DNA of 64,000 bases from Spirulina sp. (GCA_044070495.1 JBIPSI010000007.1:92261-156260), one strand, 5' to 3'; shown: positions 30,501 to 40,783, numbered from the stretch's first letter. Made by a program: numbers and translations. Notes: generated by a model from the sequence alone, not told the origin.

Positions 30501-30971
30501 ATGCCACGCCTCGTTCTTGTAAATCCTCAAATTCCGCCGAATACTGGCAACATTGCCCGTACCTGCGCCGCAACCAATACACCGCTTCATCTGGTTGCCC
30601 CCCTAGGCTTTGATCTCAGCGACCGCTACCTCAAACGGGCTGGGTTAGACTACTGGCCCTATGTCAACCTCACCCTCCATGACGACTGGGTCGCCTTTGC
30701 CCAGCATCAACAAGCCATCGGCGGGCGAACCATGGCCTTCTGTACCTCTGGAACCCGTCGCTACACCGACGTTGCCTACCAACCCGATGACTGGCTTCTC
30801 TTTGGCAGCGAAACCGAGGGACTGCCTGCCACCGTGCTCCAACAGTGCACCCAGGTGGTTTCCATTCCGATGAATCGCCGTGCGGTGAGAAGCCTGAACT
30901 TGGCCAACAGTGCCGCCATCGGACTCTTTGAGGCCCTGCGCCAGATTGACTGTTGGCCCGAGGACACCTGA
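30501..30971 (+). CDS. trmL: tRNA (cytidine(34)-2'-O)-methyltransferase
   Basis: PQIPPNTGNIARTCAA, KRAGLDYW, FGSETEGLP, RSLNLANS. Confidence 0.93.
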   Translation: MPRLVLVNPQIPPNTGNIARTCAATNTPLHLVAPLGFDLSDRYLKRAGLDYWPYVNLTLHDDWVAFAQHQQAIGGRTMAFCTSGTRRYTDVAYQPDDWLLFGSETEGLPATVLQQCTQVVSIPMNRRAVRSLNLANSAAIGLFEALRQIDCWPEDT

Positions 30972-31618
30972 GAAGAAGGGCTTCCGTTTCCCCGCTGGAG
31001 GATCTCCCCCAGGGGGAGTAAGGGATTGCGCTAGGCAGGATTGAGAGATTCTTTCTAAGAAGAAGTCATGCCCGATACAAAATGTTGCCTTCCTAGATAA
31101 GAAATTCATATGCTCGATCCCTAGAGCACAAAAAACGGGGATCAATTGAGGTTTGGGTACCTTACTTTAGGGTGTAAAAGAGTCGCGAAAAGGCTTGCCA
31201 TGAAAGGGTTTCAGTCTTTTATTTTTGCAATTGCGCCGCCCCCTTGCCTCGATTCTCACGCTCCGCGCAGCTAGGGGACGCTCTAGGGGACTACGCTTGC
31301 CAAATCGTTTTTTATGAGGTTAAACCTATATGTTGTGTTCGGGATTCTCCGATTTTCCCATCGGCCTATCCCGTACCCATGAATCAGCCCTAGGCATTGA
31401 TTTTTGCGTTTACTTGTGTAAACTTGCCTAAGTCTCATAGCACAGGGTATTCTTACCTAGCTAAGACTGGTTCCGTAAGTTCGCTGTTGTTCTACCGTTT
31501 GAGTTCCGCTGTTTGTCTGGTTTCCAGAACCGTAGGTTGAGGGCCTTTTATTGCCTCTGCAAGCGGTTACAGCGGCAATGTTCAAGACGTCGAGCACTGG
31601 TTTACAGGAGGTCGTTCC

Positions 31619-33742
31619 TTGAAGCGTGTATTTAGAAAACAGTCCCTAGTCGAAGCTCCTCTCCCAAGTGGGGCGGCTGAGACCATTGGGCTACTGGGAG
31701 TCTGCCGCCAGCAGGTTAACGCTCCGGTCAGCATGTTAGGTTTTGCATTATCGGTGGGGGCTACGGCCTCTGTGGTCTCGATGCCCGGTTTGGCCCTGGC
31801 CTCCGAAGGCTCCACGGTTGTGGTGTTGCCCGCTGTCGGTAGCTCCATGCAAGCCTCGGACACTGCGGCTCCCTTGAGCTTGTCCGCAGCGGGACAGACC
31901 GACTTCTATACGGTGAGCGAAGGCGACACCCTATGGCACATTGCGGCTCGCCACCAAGCCGATGTCGATGCCATTAAAACCGTTAACGGAATTTCCCAGA
32001 ACGATGTCCTGCACGAAGGGCAGGTGCTGCGCGTTCCCACCGACAGCCTCACGACGACGGCTCCTGTAGGGGCTGTGGGGGGCGAAGACCTCGCCATGAC
32101 TGACGATACCAGCGCTGTGGCCTTGCTCTCTGTCGATGCCCTGGAGCAGGGCTGGGTCACCCTAGGGGAAGAGTCTGCGACCCTGGATGACGAAGACCTA
32201 GAGGCCGATGCCGACGCCCTCGACGATGAAGCCCTGAGCCAAGAGGACGACGAAGCGGCTACCACCCTAGCCACGGCGGCTATCGAGTCTCCCTGGTCTG
32301 GGTCATCGGTAACGGAAGCCCTGAATCAAGCCCCAGATGTTTCCCCTGAGGCAGCAGCCACCGAGGAAACGGTGTCCTTGGCCGCAGCCCAGCCAGCCAC
32401 CGCTGGCGCTGCGTCTAGCGGTTGGCAAGATGCCGCCGTGGACTTGGCGGCTGTTCCTGCGGATGAGGCATCGGCCCCAGGCCCGGCTCAACTGGCCAAC
32501 GCCGAAACTGAATCTGAAGCGGTGTCGTCCGCTCAATCACCCTCGGCCCTGCCCATGAGCATGGCACTCCACGATCCCAGCCAGCCCGTGGCCCCTCGGA
32601 CGCTGGTGAAGCCTGAGTCCCGTCCTGTGGAAGCTGATTCCCAGGTCAGTGCGGCCCAGCCCACCCCAGTTGATTCAGCCGACACCTTGGCGGCTGCGGA
32701 AAGCAGCACCCCCGTTACGTCTGCAAGCTCCGCCCGTACCCGTGAGCAAGTGATCCAAGATCACCTGGCCCGCATCCGCGAATCCAATGGGGCGATGGTG
32801 AATCGGGACGAGCTGAATGAGCGTATTCGTCAGGCCCGTCTAGAGCTAGAGCGCAGCCGCACCGAGACCACCCCCCTCAGTTCTGGTCAGACCGCCCCCG
32901 CAGCTAGCCGTCCGATCACCCAAAGTTCGGCTCTGCTAGCCCGTGAATCGACCTTTGGGGCCGAACCTACGGCATCGGCACCCACCGCTACTACCCCCAA
33001 CCGCATCGTGAGGGCCAGCGCCACGGAGCCTGTGCTCCCCAACCTGCCGAATCGGTTAGCTACGTCTGCGGCTACCCCAGCGGTAGAGGTTAATCGGCAA
33101 GGATGGACCGTGACCGATGCGGCCACCGAGGCCGAAGCTGCCCCCACCGAAGTTGCCGTAGCACCCCGGACGGCCCTACCCAACGAATCAGCGGCTGTCA
33201 TCGACGCTCCAACCCTGGAAAATCGTCAGCTACTGGCGGCAGCTCCCCTAGGGGCAGAGGCCTATCGTCCCTTCCCCATGGTTGAAACGGGGCAAACGGT
33301 TTCCCCAGGTATGCCCATGCTGCCCGGATCCGATAGCTTCTTGCCTGAAGCTCCTAATCGGTTCAACGGCTATGTTTGGCCCGCCCGAGGCACCTTTACC
33401 TCTGGCTATGGCTGGCGCTGGGGCCGGATGCACCGTGGTATTGACGTAGCTGGGCCTGTGGGTACGCCCATTGTTGCCGCAGCCAGCGGTGTTGTGGTTC
33501 GCTCCGGCTGGAACTCCGGCGGCTACGGCAACCTAGTGGATATCCGCCACGCCGATGGTAGTCTCACCCGCTATGCTCACAACAGCCGTTTGCTGGTGCG
33601 AGAAGGTCAACAGGTAGCCCAGGGTCAACAAATTGCTGAGATGGGCAGCACGGGCCGCAGCACAGGCCCTCACCTTCACTTTGAGATCCACCTCCCTGGC
33701 ACAGGCACTGTCAACCCTATGGCCTACCTGCCTAGCCGCTAG
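31619..33742 (+). CDS. LysM + M23 peptidoglycan DD-metalloendopeptidase (NlpD-like)
   Basis: LysM YTVSEGDTLWHIA; M23 HRGID, YAH, GPHLHFE; TTG start with CAGGAGG RBS. Confidence 0.9.
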   Translation: MKRVFRKQSLVEAPLPSGAAETIGLLGVCRQQVNAPVSMLGFALSVGATASVVSMPGLALASEGSTVVVLPAVGSSMQASDTAAPLSLSAAGQTDFYTVSEGDTLWHIAARHQADVDAIKTVNGISQNDVLHEGQVLRVPTDSLTTTAPVGAVGGEDLAMTDDTSAVALLSVDALEQGWVTLGEESATLDDEDLEADADALDDEALSQEDDEAATTLATAAIESPWSGSSVTEALNQAPDVSPEAAATEETVSLAAAQPATAGAASSGWQDAAVDLAAVPADEASAPGPAQLANAETESEAVSSAQSPSALPMSMALHDPSQPVAPRTLVKPESRPVEADSQVSAAQPTPVDSADTLAAAESSTPVTSASSARTREQVIQDHLARIRESNGAMVNRDELNERIRQARLELERSRTETTPLSSGQTAPAASRPITQSSALLARESTFGAEPTASAPTATTPNRIVRASATEPVLPNLPNRLATSAATPAVEVNRQGWTVTDAATEAEAAPTEVAVAPRTALPNESAAVIDAPTLENRQLLAAAPLGAEAYRPFPMVETGQTVSPGMPMLPGSDSFLPEAPNRFNGYVWPARGTFTSGYGWRWGRMHRGIDVAGPVGTPIVAAASGVVVRSGWNSGGYGNLVDIRHADGSLTRYAHNSRLLVREGQQVAQGQQIAEMGSTGRSTGPHLHFEIHLPGTGTVNPMAYLPSR

Positions 33743-33766
33743 ATAGGGGTTCCTTAGGTTCATGGA

Positions 33767-33798
33767 CAGGTTAGCTCTTCTGGGCTAGCCTGTTTTTT
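33767..33798 (+). terminator. Rho-independent terminator
   Basis: caggttagctc-ttct-gggctagcctg followed by TTTTTT. Confidence 0.7.
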
Positions 33799-33861
33799 AT
33801 GAGGCTTGAATTCTGGGTGTTTGCTCCTAGGGTTTTGCAGAGCACTGGTGCAAGAATATGA

Positions 33862-34009
33862 CAGCAATTCTCATTTTGGTCAATTGGCCGTTCGCCCTGA
33901 GCCTGTCGAAGGGTGAAAAGGCTTGCTCCCTAAGGGAGCCACTGCGTGAACGGCAGGTTCAGCCTGAGCGGTATTTTATTCACCAGTCTAGTCATACTGA
34001 GAATTGCTG
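33862..34009. mobile_element. MITE family E, 148 bp, 12-bp TIR CAGCAATTCTCA, near-perfect 9-bp TSD, REP cargo
   Basis: Flanks AGAATATGA / AGAATATTA; internal gttcgccctgagcctgtcgaaggg repeat. Confidence 0.65.
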
Positions 34010-34098
34010 AGAATATTATGTCTAGATCTTTGTGGCGATAGTTCTGTGATATATTTATTAACCGTGGGTTGAGTTTTATGAATTCAGCGCCATGCTAC

Positions 34099-34170
34099 GG
34101 CTCAGTAGCTCAGTGGTAGAGCAGGGGACTCATAAGCCCTTGGTCGCGTGTTCAAATCACGCCTGAGCCA
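34099..34170 (+). tRNA. tRNA-Met(CAT), elongator type
   Basis: GGCTCAG acceptor pairs with CTGAGCC, D-loop AGTGGTAGAGC, anticodon loop CTCATAA, T-loop TTCAAAT; CCA not encoded. Confidence 0.93.
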
Positions 34171-34378
34171 TTCTTTAACGACAGCTAGTCACCTCAACAC
34201 CCTTGATTTACTGGTGCTCTTAGGGGGCCGCGTTTTGCTAACCCTTACCCATCCTTTCGTAGGCCCTGACTAATCTTGCTGATACTGACTAGCTGAACGG
34301 GGAATTTTAGGACGAATTGTAGGCTACCGAATAGCCAAGGGTAACTGAAGCAGACGAAGGACTCCTGCGGCGGTGTGG

Positions 34379-35743
34379 CTAGACGAGTCGGTTTTCCTCA
34401 ATACAGTGCCGATACCAGTGAAAGCTGGCTTTGGGGATGCGTTGCTGGGTGGGGTAGTCTACGTAAACAAGGCCAAAGCGGCGATCATAGCCGTAGGCCC
34501 ACTCAAAGTTATCGAGAAAACTCCAGAGATAGTAGCCCAGTAGCGGGTAGCCTTCCTGAATGGCGCGGTGGGCGGATTGCAGGTATTGGCGCAGGTAATG
34601 GATGCGGTCGAGGTCGAGCACTTCGCCCTGGGGGGTGAGGGTATCTTGGGTGGCGCAGCCGTTTTCGGCGATCACCATGGGCAGGTCGGGGCGGTTGAGG
34701 GTGTCGCTGATGTGGCGCACGCCCCAGTAGAGGCTATCGGGTACTAGGTGAAGCCAGGGTATATGCAGGCGGGGATAGCCCTGGGGAAAGGGCAGTACCT
34801 CGTAGCCCTGGGGGTGGTCTGCGGCCCGCACGTAGAGGCCGCTGTAGACGTTGTAGCCCAAGGCATCGAGGGGCTGATGGATAGTAGCGAGATCGTCGGG
34901 TTGGATATCGGGGGCCTCTGGGCCGAGGCGCTCTAGCAGGGCAGGGTGATAGGATCCGGTGAGGGCGGGAAAAATTACGCCGCCATTGGTGCCCACGGTG
35001 GCAAAGGCGGCCTGGGCAGCGGCGATGTCGGCGGGGGTGTCGGTGAGGGGCACCGTGGCCCTGTAGTTGTCTACGAGGGAAACCTGGCAGGGGCGGGGAG
35101 AGGCGGCGCGAATCGCTTGGCAGCCGAGGCCATGGGCCAGCAGGGCATGGTGGGAGGTTTGCCAAACCTCTTTCACGGTATTGACCACGGTGCCGGGGGC
35201 CATGGCGGGTACTTGGCCGACGCCGTAGCCGTTGTGGGTGAAGCACCAGATTTCGTTGAGGGTGGTCCAACGGTTGACCCGATCCCCCAGGTGTTTTACG
35301 GCCACGGTGGCGTAGTCTGCAAAGTCTTGGGCCATCTGCCGACTGCGCCAGGAACCGTAGGCATCCTCTAGGGCCTGGGGGCTATCCCAGTGAAACAGCG
35401 TCACCTGGGGGGTGATGTCGTAGCTGAGCAGGGTGTCTACCAGCTCGTCGTAAAAGGCTAGTCCCTGGGCGTTCACCTGGCCCCGTCCCTCTGGCAAAAG
35501 GCGCGGCCAGGACAGGCTAAAGCGATAGTGGCGCACCCCTAGTTCTGCCATCAGGGCGATGTCTTCCCGAAACCGGGCCAGGTGATCGCAGGCGATGGCT
35601 CCGGTGTCGCCCTTCAAAACTCGGCCTGGGGTTTGGCTGAAGGTATCCCAAATGCTGATCCCCCGTGCCGCTGCGGCCCCTTCGATTTGGTAGGCGGAGG
35701 TGGCGACGCCCCATTGAAAGCCCGATGGAAAGGTGTAGAACAT
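34379..35743 (-). CDS. GH1 beta-glucosidase
   Basis: FQWGVATSAYQIEG, TLNE (acid/base), IAENG (nucleophile), DNFEWAYG. Confidence 0.95.
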   Translation of the reverse strand: MFYTFPSGFQWGVATSAYQIEGAAAARGISIWDTFSQTPGRVLKGDTGAIACDHLARFREDIALMAELGVRHYRFSLSWPRLLPEGRGQVNAQGLAFYDELVDTLLSYDITPQVTLFHWDSPQALEDAYGSWRSRQMAQDFADYATVAVKHLGDRVNRWTTLNEIWCFTHNGYGVGQVPAMAPGTVVNTVKEVWQTSHHALLAHGLGCQAIRAASPRPCQVSLVDNYRATVPLTDTPADIAAAQAAFATVGTNGGVIFPALTGSYHPALLERLGPEAPDIQPDDLATIHQPLDALGYNVYSGLYVRAADHPQGYEVLPFPQGYPRLHIPWLHLVPDSLYWGVRHISDTLNRPDLPMVIAENGCATQDTLTPQGEVLDLDRIHYLRQYLQSAHRAIQEGYPLLGYYLWSFLDNFEWAYGYDRRFGLVYVDYPTQQRIPKASFHWYRHCIEENRLV

Positions 35744-35790
35744 GGCGGGAGAAGGGAGAGGGGACACACCGAGGCAGGCTTGAGGGGGGC

Positions 35791-35853
35791 AAGGTGTTGA
35801 AGGGGGAAGGTGTTGAAGGGGGAAGGTGCTAAAGGGGGAAGGTGTTGAAGGGG
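35791..35853 (+). repeat. Tandem 16-mer (AAGGTGTTGAAGGGGG) x4
   Basis: Four units, the third variant, between the LRAT-family gene and the GH1 gene. Confidence 0.9.
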
Positions 35854-35860
35854 CTGGGCG

Positions 35861-36556
35861 TTATCCTAGGCGGCGTTCGGCGATGTCTCGGTCACGCTGG
35901 AGGGACAGTTCTAGGTTTACCAGGTCGCTGAGCTGCTGGGTGAGGGTTTCGACCTGGCGTTGGGCGGCTAGTTTGCGATGGAGAGCGGCTCTGGCCAGAT
36001 CCTCACGCTGTTGGGCTAGGGCGCGTTCGGCCACCTGGTGCCAGGTTTCGATTTCCCGCTGGGCCGCTTGCTGGGTGGTGAGGGTGGATTGGTAGGCGAC
36101 GGCAATGTCTCCCATGGCTTTCTGGAAGAGGAACAGTGCCTGTTCTGGGGTTTGGTTTTGGCTGGTGCGTTCGGCCCAGCGCCGGAAGGGGGATCCATTC
36201 AGTTGATTACTGTCTAGACCAAAGGTGGCCAGTTGGGTGCTTTCGCGACGACCCGTTTTGCACCAAGTGGCAAAGTGTTCGCAGTTGTTAAAAAATAGGT
36301 CGTACTGGCGTTCCCCGATGCGGCTTTCGGCGCGAGCCATGACCACATCGTCGGCATCGGCCATGGCATGGTAGACCGGGTGAATGGGATGCCCCCAGGT
36401 AAACGCCTCTAGGCTGGTGCGCTCGACCTGGGCATCATCCCCCATCTTGCGGTAGTGGATGACGCTGCCATCGCCGCAGTCGATGCCGTGGTGTTGATAG
36501 ACCCCTTGAATACTCGCCAAGGGACGCATCACATAGATTTGATCGCTTCTAGCCAT
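35861..36556 (-). CDS. LRAT/NlpC-P60-like acyltransferase domain plus PspA/IM30-like C-terminal coil
   Basis: YQHHGID, VIHY, YDLFFNNCEHFA; C-terminal AERALAQQREDLARAALHRK. Confidence 0.85.
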   Translation of the reverse strand: MARSDQIYVMRPLASIQGVYQHHGIDCGDGSVIHYRKMGDDAQVERTSLEAFTWGHPIHPVYHAMADADDVVMARAESRIGERQYDLFFNNCEHFATWCKTGRRESTQLATFGLDSNQLNGSPFRRWAERTSQNQTPEQALFLFQKAMGDIAVAYQSTLTTQQAAQREIETWHQVAERALAQQREDLARAALHRKLAAQRQVETLTQQLSDLVNLELSLQRDRDIAERRLG

Positions 36557-36614
36557 GGGCAACGCGGATGCGAGGACGGAAACTAAGTGAATGACCTGTT
36601 AGTCAATGACCGTG

Positions 36615-37055
36615 CTAGTGAATGACCGTGGTTTGGTGGGGCATGTCATCGGCATCGTCGGCATCGAGGGAGGTGGGAACTGGCGCATCCTCCGAGGCAT
36701 GGGCCTCGGCCCGTCGCCGATTGCTCAGCAGTTCTTGGAGGGGATCGCGTTTTTCAGCGGTGGTGTGAATTTGAATATTAGGGCCAGACCGAGCTAGGCG
36801 AATAATGATGCCATCCTCAACGGGGATCTCGTCAATCCGCTTGCCGTCTAGGTAGGTGCCATTGGTGCCTAGGCTCTTCACTCGCCAGCCATGATCGGTA
36901 CGGTGAATTTCCACATGGTGCCGCGAAACCACCGCACTGTAGAGGATCACATTGTTATCGCTAGACCGACCTACCCGAATCACCGGCTCTTGGTCAAAGG
37001 ACCAATGCTGAACCGGGGTTTTATGGAGGGGATGGAGCAAAGAAAGGGTAATCAC
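36615..37055 (-). CDS. FHA-domain protein
   Basis: VGRSSDN, VSRHH, SLGTNGTY. Confidence 0.9.
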   Translation of the reverse strand: MITLSLLHPLHKTPVQHWSFDQEPVIRVGRSSDNNVILYSAVVSRHHVEIHRTDHGWRVKSLGTNGTYLDGKRIDEIPVEDGIIIRLARSGPNIQIHTTAEKRDPLQELLSNRRRAEAHASEDAPVPTSLDADDADDMPHQTTVIH

Positions 37056-37203
37056 ATTAACCGGCTTGAGATCCTAGCTTATAGACACTCATCATAGGGG
37101 AGTCTTCAAAACTTCGCTCACTACGATTTTAAGAGAGGCAATAAAAGATAGAAAGGTTAACGGCCTGTTCTGCCTATGCTGCCTCCCTAGGGAAACCAAC
37201 GGG

Positions 37204-37962
37204 TTATGCCACCCGTTGCGCCCCTGGCACGTCCAAATCGCCAACGGCCTCCGCATCCAGCAACCAGAGGAGGTGCCCCGTGGGGCGCACTAGGCGCACT
37301 GGGTAGGCCGCATCCTCCGCCGTGGGTGAAAATACCTGGGTGAGGGCTGTCTGTTTGCTGGCCCCCGCCGCCACAATCATCACCTGACGGCTGTGGTTGA
37401 TCAACGGTGCCGTGAAGGTAATTCGGGGTTCACCGTCCTTGTCTCCCACCGTCACCCAGGCATCCTCCACCGCCAGGGCCGCCGTGTGGGGAAACAGCGA
37501 GGCGGTGTGGCCATCGTCGCCCATGCCTAGCCAGATTAGGTCGAATTGGGGAAAGCCCGCCGAAGCAAGGGGTTGGAGATCGGCAAAAACTGCCTTTAAA
37601 TCAGCCTCGTAGCGTTGGGCCGACTGGGCCGGATCGCCCTCGGTGGTGGGGGTTACCCAAACGTGATCCGCCGGAATGGGCACCTGATCCAACCAAGCCC
37701 GCTTGGCCATGCCCGCATTGCTGTCGGGATGATCCACAGGTACGTAGCGCTCATCTCCCCAAAACACGTAGATTTTGTCCCAGGGCAAATCTTGTTGCGC
37801 TAATCCTTCATAGATTGGCTTCGGTGTGCTGCCCCCCGCCAGCGCCAGGGTGCAATAGTCGTGATCGGCAATCGCTTTCTCAATGCAGGCGACGGATCGC
37901 TCTAGGGCGTGGCGCACAAGGGCCGTTTTATTCGGCAGAACTTCAATGGTTGGTGCAGTCAT
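37204..37962 (-). CDS. pgl: 6-phosphogluconolactonase
   Basis: LAGGSTP, WGDERYV, LGMGDDGHTASLFP, RITFT. Confidence 0.95.
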   Translation of the reverse strand: MTAPTIEVLPNKTALVRHALERSVACIEKAIADHDYCTLALAGGSTPKPIYEGLAQQDLPWDKIYVFWGDERYVPVDHPDSNAGMAKRAWLDQVPIPADHVWVTPTTEGDPAQSAQRYEADLKAVFADLQPLASAGFPQFDLIWLGMGDDGHTASLFPHTAALAVEDAWVTVGDKDGEPRITFTAPLINHSRQVMIVAAGASKQTALTQVFSPTAEDAAYPVRLVRPTGHLLWLLDAEAVGDLDVPGAQRVA

Positions 37963-38132
37963 CGACAACCTACTCCGAAGGGATTCAGACGCATGGAGCC
38001 AGGGCCAGCGACCCCGCCACAAAACTGCCCGTAGCCTAGCCTAACTTTTCCTGCCTTTGGCCAAACTTAAGCCAAATTTAGGGTCACGCTCTGGCCAAAG
38101 GGGATGGGATGGCGCTTGTGGCCTCTCTCTTA

Positions 38133-38315
38133 GAATACTCCGTGGAAATAACTATCCATTTATCGTAGGCATCCGCCCTCACCCCTGCCCCTCTCCCTAG
38201 GGAGAGGGGTTCTGAATCCGGCTCCCCTTCTCCTTAGTCCCCTTCTCCTTAGGGAGAAGGGGTTGGGGGATGAGGGCGAAGCTCGGACGTGGATGCTTTA
38301 TTGGTTGGATTACGC
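38133..38315. mobile_element. MITE family B, second copy (inverted), with internal duplication
   Basis: TTA at 38130-32 and 38316-18; reverse complement resembles 11375-11535. Confidence 0.7.
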
Positions 38316-38481
38316 TTAGCGGACAGGCTTTGGGATAGCCCAGGCCGTTTGTGAAAAGATCCCCCTGAATTCCAGAGGATTGAGCCTGCCTGCCCTAGGC
38401 TGTATTCAGCGGGCCAGAATCGGGACAGAAGCCTGCCCTAGGCATCCTGTTGCGCCCCACTACGTTCCGCTCGATGAACCC

Positions 38482-38823
38482 ATGCACGAACTCAGCATCA
38501 CCCAAACCATTATTGATACCGTGATTGACGCGGCCCAGGGTGCCCCCGTGCAGCGCATCACCCTAGAAATTGGCGAACTTTCGGCGATTCTGCCCGATTC
38601 CATTCAGTTTTGCTTTGAAGCCTGCACCCCCAATACCCCCCTGGCCGGGGCCGAACTGGAGATTCAGACCGTTCCAGGGCGGGGCCGCTGCCGAGCCTGC
38701 GGCCACGAAATGCCTCTGGATATGCCCTACGGCATTTGTGAGCAATGCGATAGCCTAGCCATCGACATCATTGCCGGACAAGGATTGGTGATTCTTTCTA
38801 TGGAGACCGTGCCATGTGCGTAA
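38482..38823 (+). CDS. hypA: Hydrogenase Ni-incorporation protein HypA
   Basis: MHELSI, CRAC and CEQC zinc finger. Confidence 0.93.
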   Translation: MHELSITQTIIDTVIDAAQGAPVQRITLEIGELSAILPDSIQFCFEACTPNTPLAGAELEIQTVPGRGRCRACGHEMPLDMPYGICEQCDSLAIDIIAGQGLVILSMETVPCA

Positions 38824-39746
38824 CCTGCGGCTGTTCCGACGGGGCCGAACCCACCTTAACGAACCTGTCCACCGGGGAAACCACCTCCCTGGCCGACCCC
38901 AACACCGAACACACCCACCACCTCCCCAACGGCCAAACCCTCACCCACCGCCACGGCCCACAGGATAGCGCTCCCTATTCCCACGATCATGGTCACAACC
39001 ACGACCATGGTTACGGTCATGATCATGGTCACGATCACAGCCAAAATCACACCCACTCCCCATTCCCCACTCCCCACTCCCCACTCCCCACCTCCCTCCA
39101 CGCCCTAGAAATCAACGTCCTGGCCAAAAACGACCTGATTGCCGCCCAAAACCGGGGCTGGTTTGAGGGTCGCGACGTGCTGGCCCTGAACCTGGTGAGT
39201 TCCCCCGGTGCCGGGAAGACGACGCTATTGACTCAGACCATCAACGACCTCAAGGATCGCCTATCGTTTGCGGTGATTGAGGGCGATCAGGCCACCCTCC
39301 ACGATGCCGAGCGGATTCGGGCGACGGGCTGCGGCGTGGTGCAGGTAAACACGGGCACGGGCTGTCACCTAGAGGCCGAGATGGTGCGGCGGGGGGTGCA
39401 GACCCTAAAGCCTCCGGCCCGTTCGGTGCTGATGATTGAGAATGTGGGCAACCTGGTGTGTCCGGCTCTATTTGACCTGGGGGAACGGGCCAAGGTGGCG
39501 ATTCTCTCGGTGACGGAGGGCGACGACAAGCCCCTGAAATATCCCCACATGTTTCGGGCCAGCCAGATTATGCTGCTGAACAAAATCGACCTGCTGCCCT
39601 ACGTGAATTTTGATGTGGAGCGCTGCATCGCCTATGCCCGCCAAGTGAACCCCGATATCCAGGTGTTCCCGGTGTCGGCTACCTCCGGGGAAGGGCTGGA
39701 TCATTGGTATGCGTGGCTGCTCGATCAGGTCAGTACCTTGGTGTAG
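38814..39746 (+). CDS. hypB: Hydrogenase Ni-incorporation GTPase HypB
   Basis: MCVTCGC, His-rich linker, SSPGAGKTT, TGCHL, ENVGNLVCP. Confidence 0.96.
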   Translation: MCVTCGCSDGAEPTLTNLSTGETTSLADPNTEHTHHLPNGQTLTHRHGPQDSAPYSHDHGHNHDHGYGHDHGHDHSQNHTHSPFPTPHSPLPTSLHALEINVLAKNDLIAAQNRGWFEGRDVLALNLVSSPGAGKTTLLTQTINDLKDRLSFAVIEGDQATLHDAERIRATGCGVVQVNTGTGCHLEAEMVRRGVQTLKPPARSVLMIENVGNLVCPALFDLGERAKVAILSVTEGDDKPLKYPHMFRASQIMLLNKIDLLPYVNFDVERCIAYARQVNPDIQVFPVSATSGEGLDHWYAWLLDQVSTLV

Positions 39747-40783
39747 TTCAGCCAGCTCTCTTTGACCTGAAAGCCCACGGATTCATAAAGGGTTTTGGCG
39801 TGGTTGGGGTTGTCTCGGTCTACGCCAATCAGCGCCGTATCAAGTCCAGCTTCCTGAAGCTGCTGCAAACCATAAAGCAACATGGCCCGCCCCAACCCTT
39901 GGCGACGATAGCCCCGACGGGTGCCCAAAAGCGCGATACTGCCCTCTCGGCGTTGGTGGCGGGTATTCTCCTCGTGGGGGATGTGGGCGGCGCAGAACCC
40001 GGCTAGGGTGCCATCGTCAGCCACGGCCACCCAGTCTAGATCGGGCTGGTAGGTGGGGATTTTGGCGTGGTGCTGATGTTGGGCCACGGTCATGGGGACG
40101 AAGTGCCAGTGGTCGATAAACGTATCGTTAAACAGGGCCACCCAATCTTCGGCGGAAACGGTATCGGCCCGCTGGATCGCAAAACCGGGGGGCATCTGCG
40201 GGTTCTCAAGGGCTAGGCTGAGGGGGCGCTGGAGGGTTTGGAACCATCGGGTTTTGCGAAAATGGTGGGCCTCGTAGACAGCCTGTTCTTCGGTACGGTT
40301 TTGGGCGATGACCACCCGCAGGTGAACAGGAATATGGGGATCCGGTCGGGTGGTTTGCACATAATGTTCGGCCCAGTCGAGCAGGGTCGCTTCCAAACCC
40401 TGGTGACGATAGTGGGGATGCACCATGATTCCCAAATGGCTATTCACCACGGGCGGGTAGGTTCCTGGTGTTGGCGATGGATTGTCCTGGGTTTTGGAGT
40501 CTGGGGATGGATCCGGGGGGATATCGGTTCTGGGATCGCTCATCCACAACGTCACCACGCCCACCAGTTGCCCATCCGCTGTTTCCCAATATTGCCGATG
40601 CTGCCGACCACCGGGGGGCGGGTGATCCATCCGACGCTGAAGCTGTTCTAGGGTAGGGGCGTGATCGTTGGGATCAGCCTGCTCACAGGCTTGGTAAAAA
40701 GCCACTAGGGCGGGTAAATCGGATTGTCCTTGTTCGGGCCTAGGGATGAGCAACGGTAGAGCGGTGGTTATCATGGCATCCAC
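39725..40783 (-). CDS. Tandem GNAT acetyltransferase
   Basis: VHPHYRHQGL and TRRGYRRQGLG acetyl-CoA motifs; 22-bp tail-to-tail overlap with hypB. Confidence 0.85.
   Translation of the reverse strand: MDAMITTALPLLIPRPEQGQSDLPALVAFYQACEQADPNDHAPTLEQLQRRMDHPPPGGRQHRQYWETADGQLVGVVTLWMSDPRTDIPPDPSPDSKTQDNPSPTPGTYPPVVNSHLGIMVHPHYRHQGLEATLLDWAEHYVQTTRPDPHIPVHLRVVIAQNRTEEQAVYEAHHFRKTRWFQTLQRPLSLALENPQMPPGFAIQRADTVSAEDWVALFNDTFIDHWHFVPMTVAQHQHHAKIPTYQPDLDWVAVADDGTLAGFCAAHIPHEENTRHQRREGSIALLGTRRGYRRQGLGRAMLLYGLQQLQEAGLDTALIGVDRDNPNHAKTLYESVGFQVKESWLNYTKVLT

Noticed and set aside
35791-35853. CRISPR interpretation of this array or of the MITE repeats
   Set aside because: No unique spacers between repeats and no cas genes.
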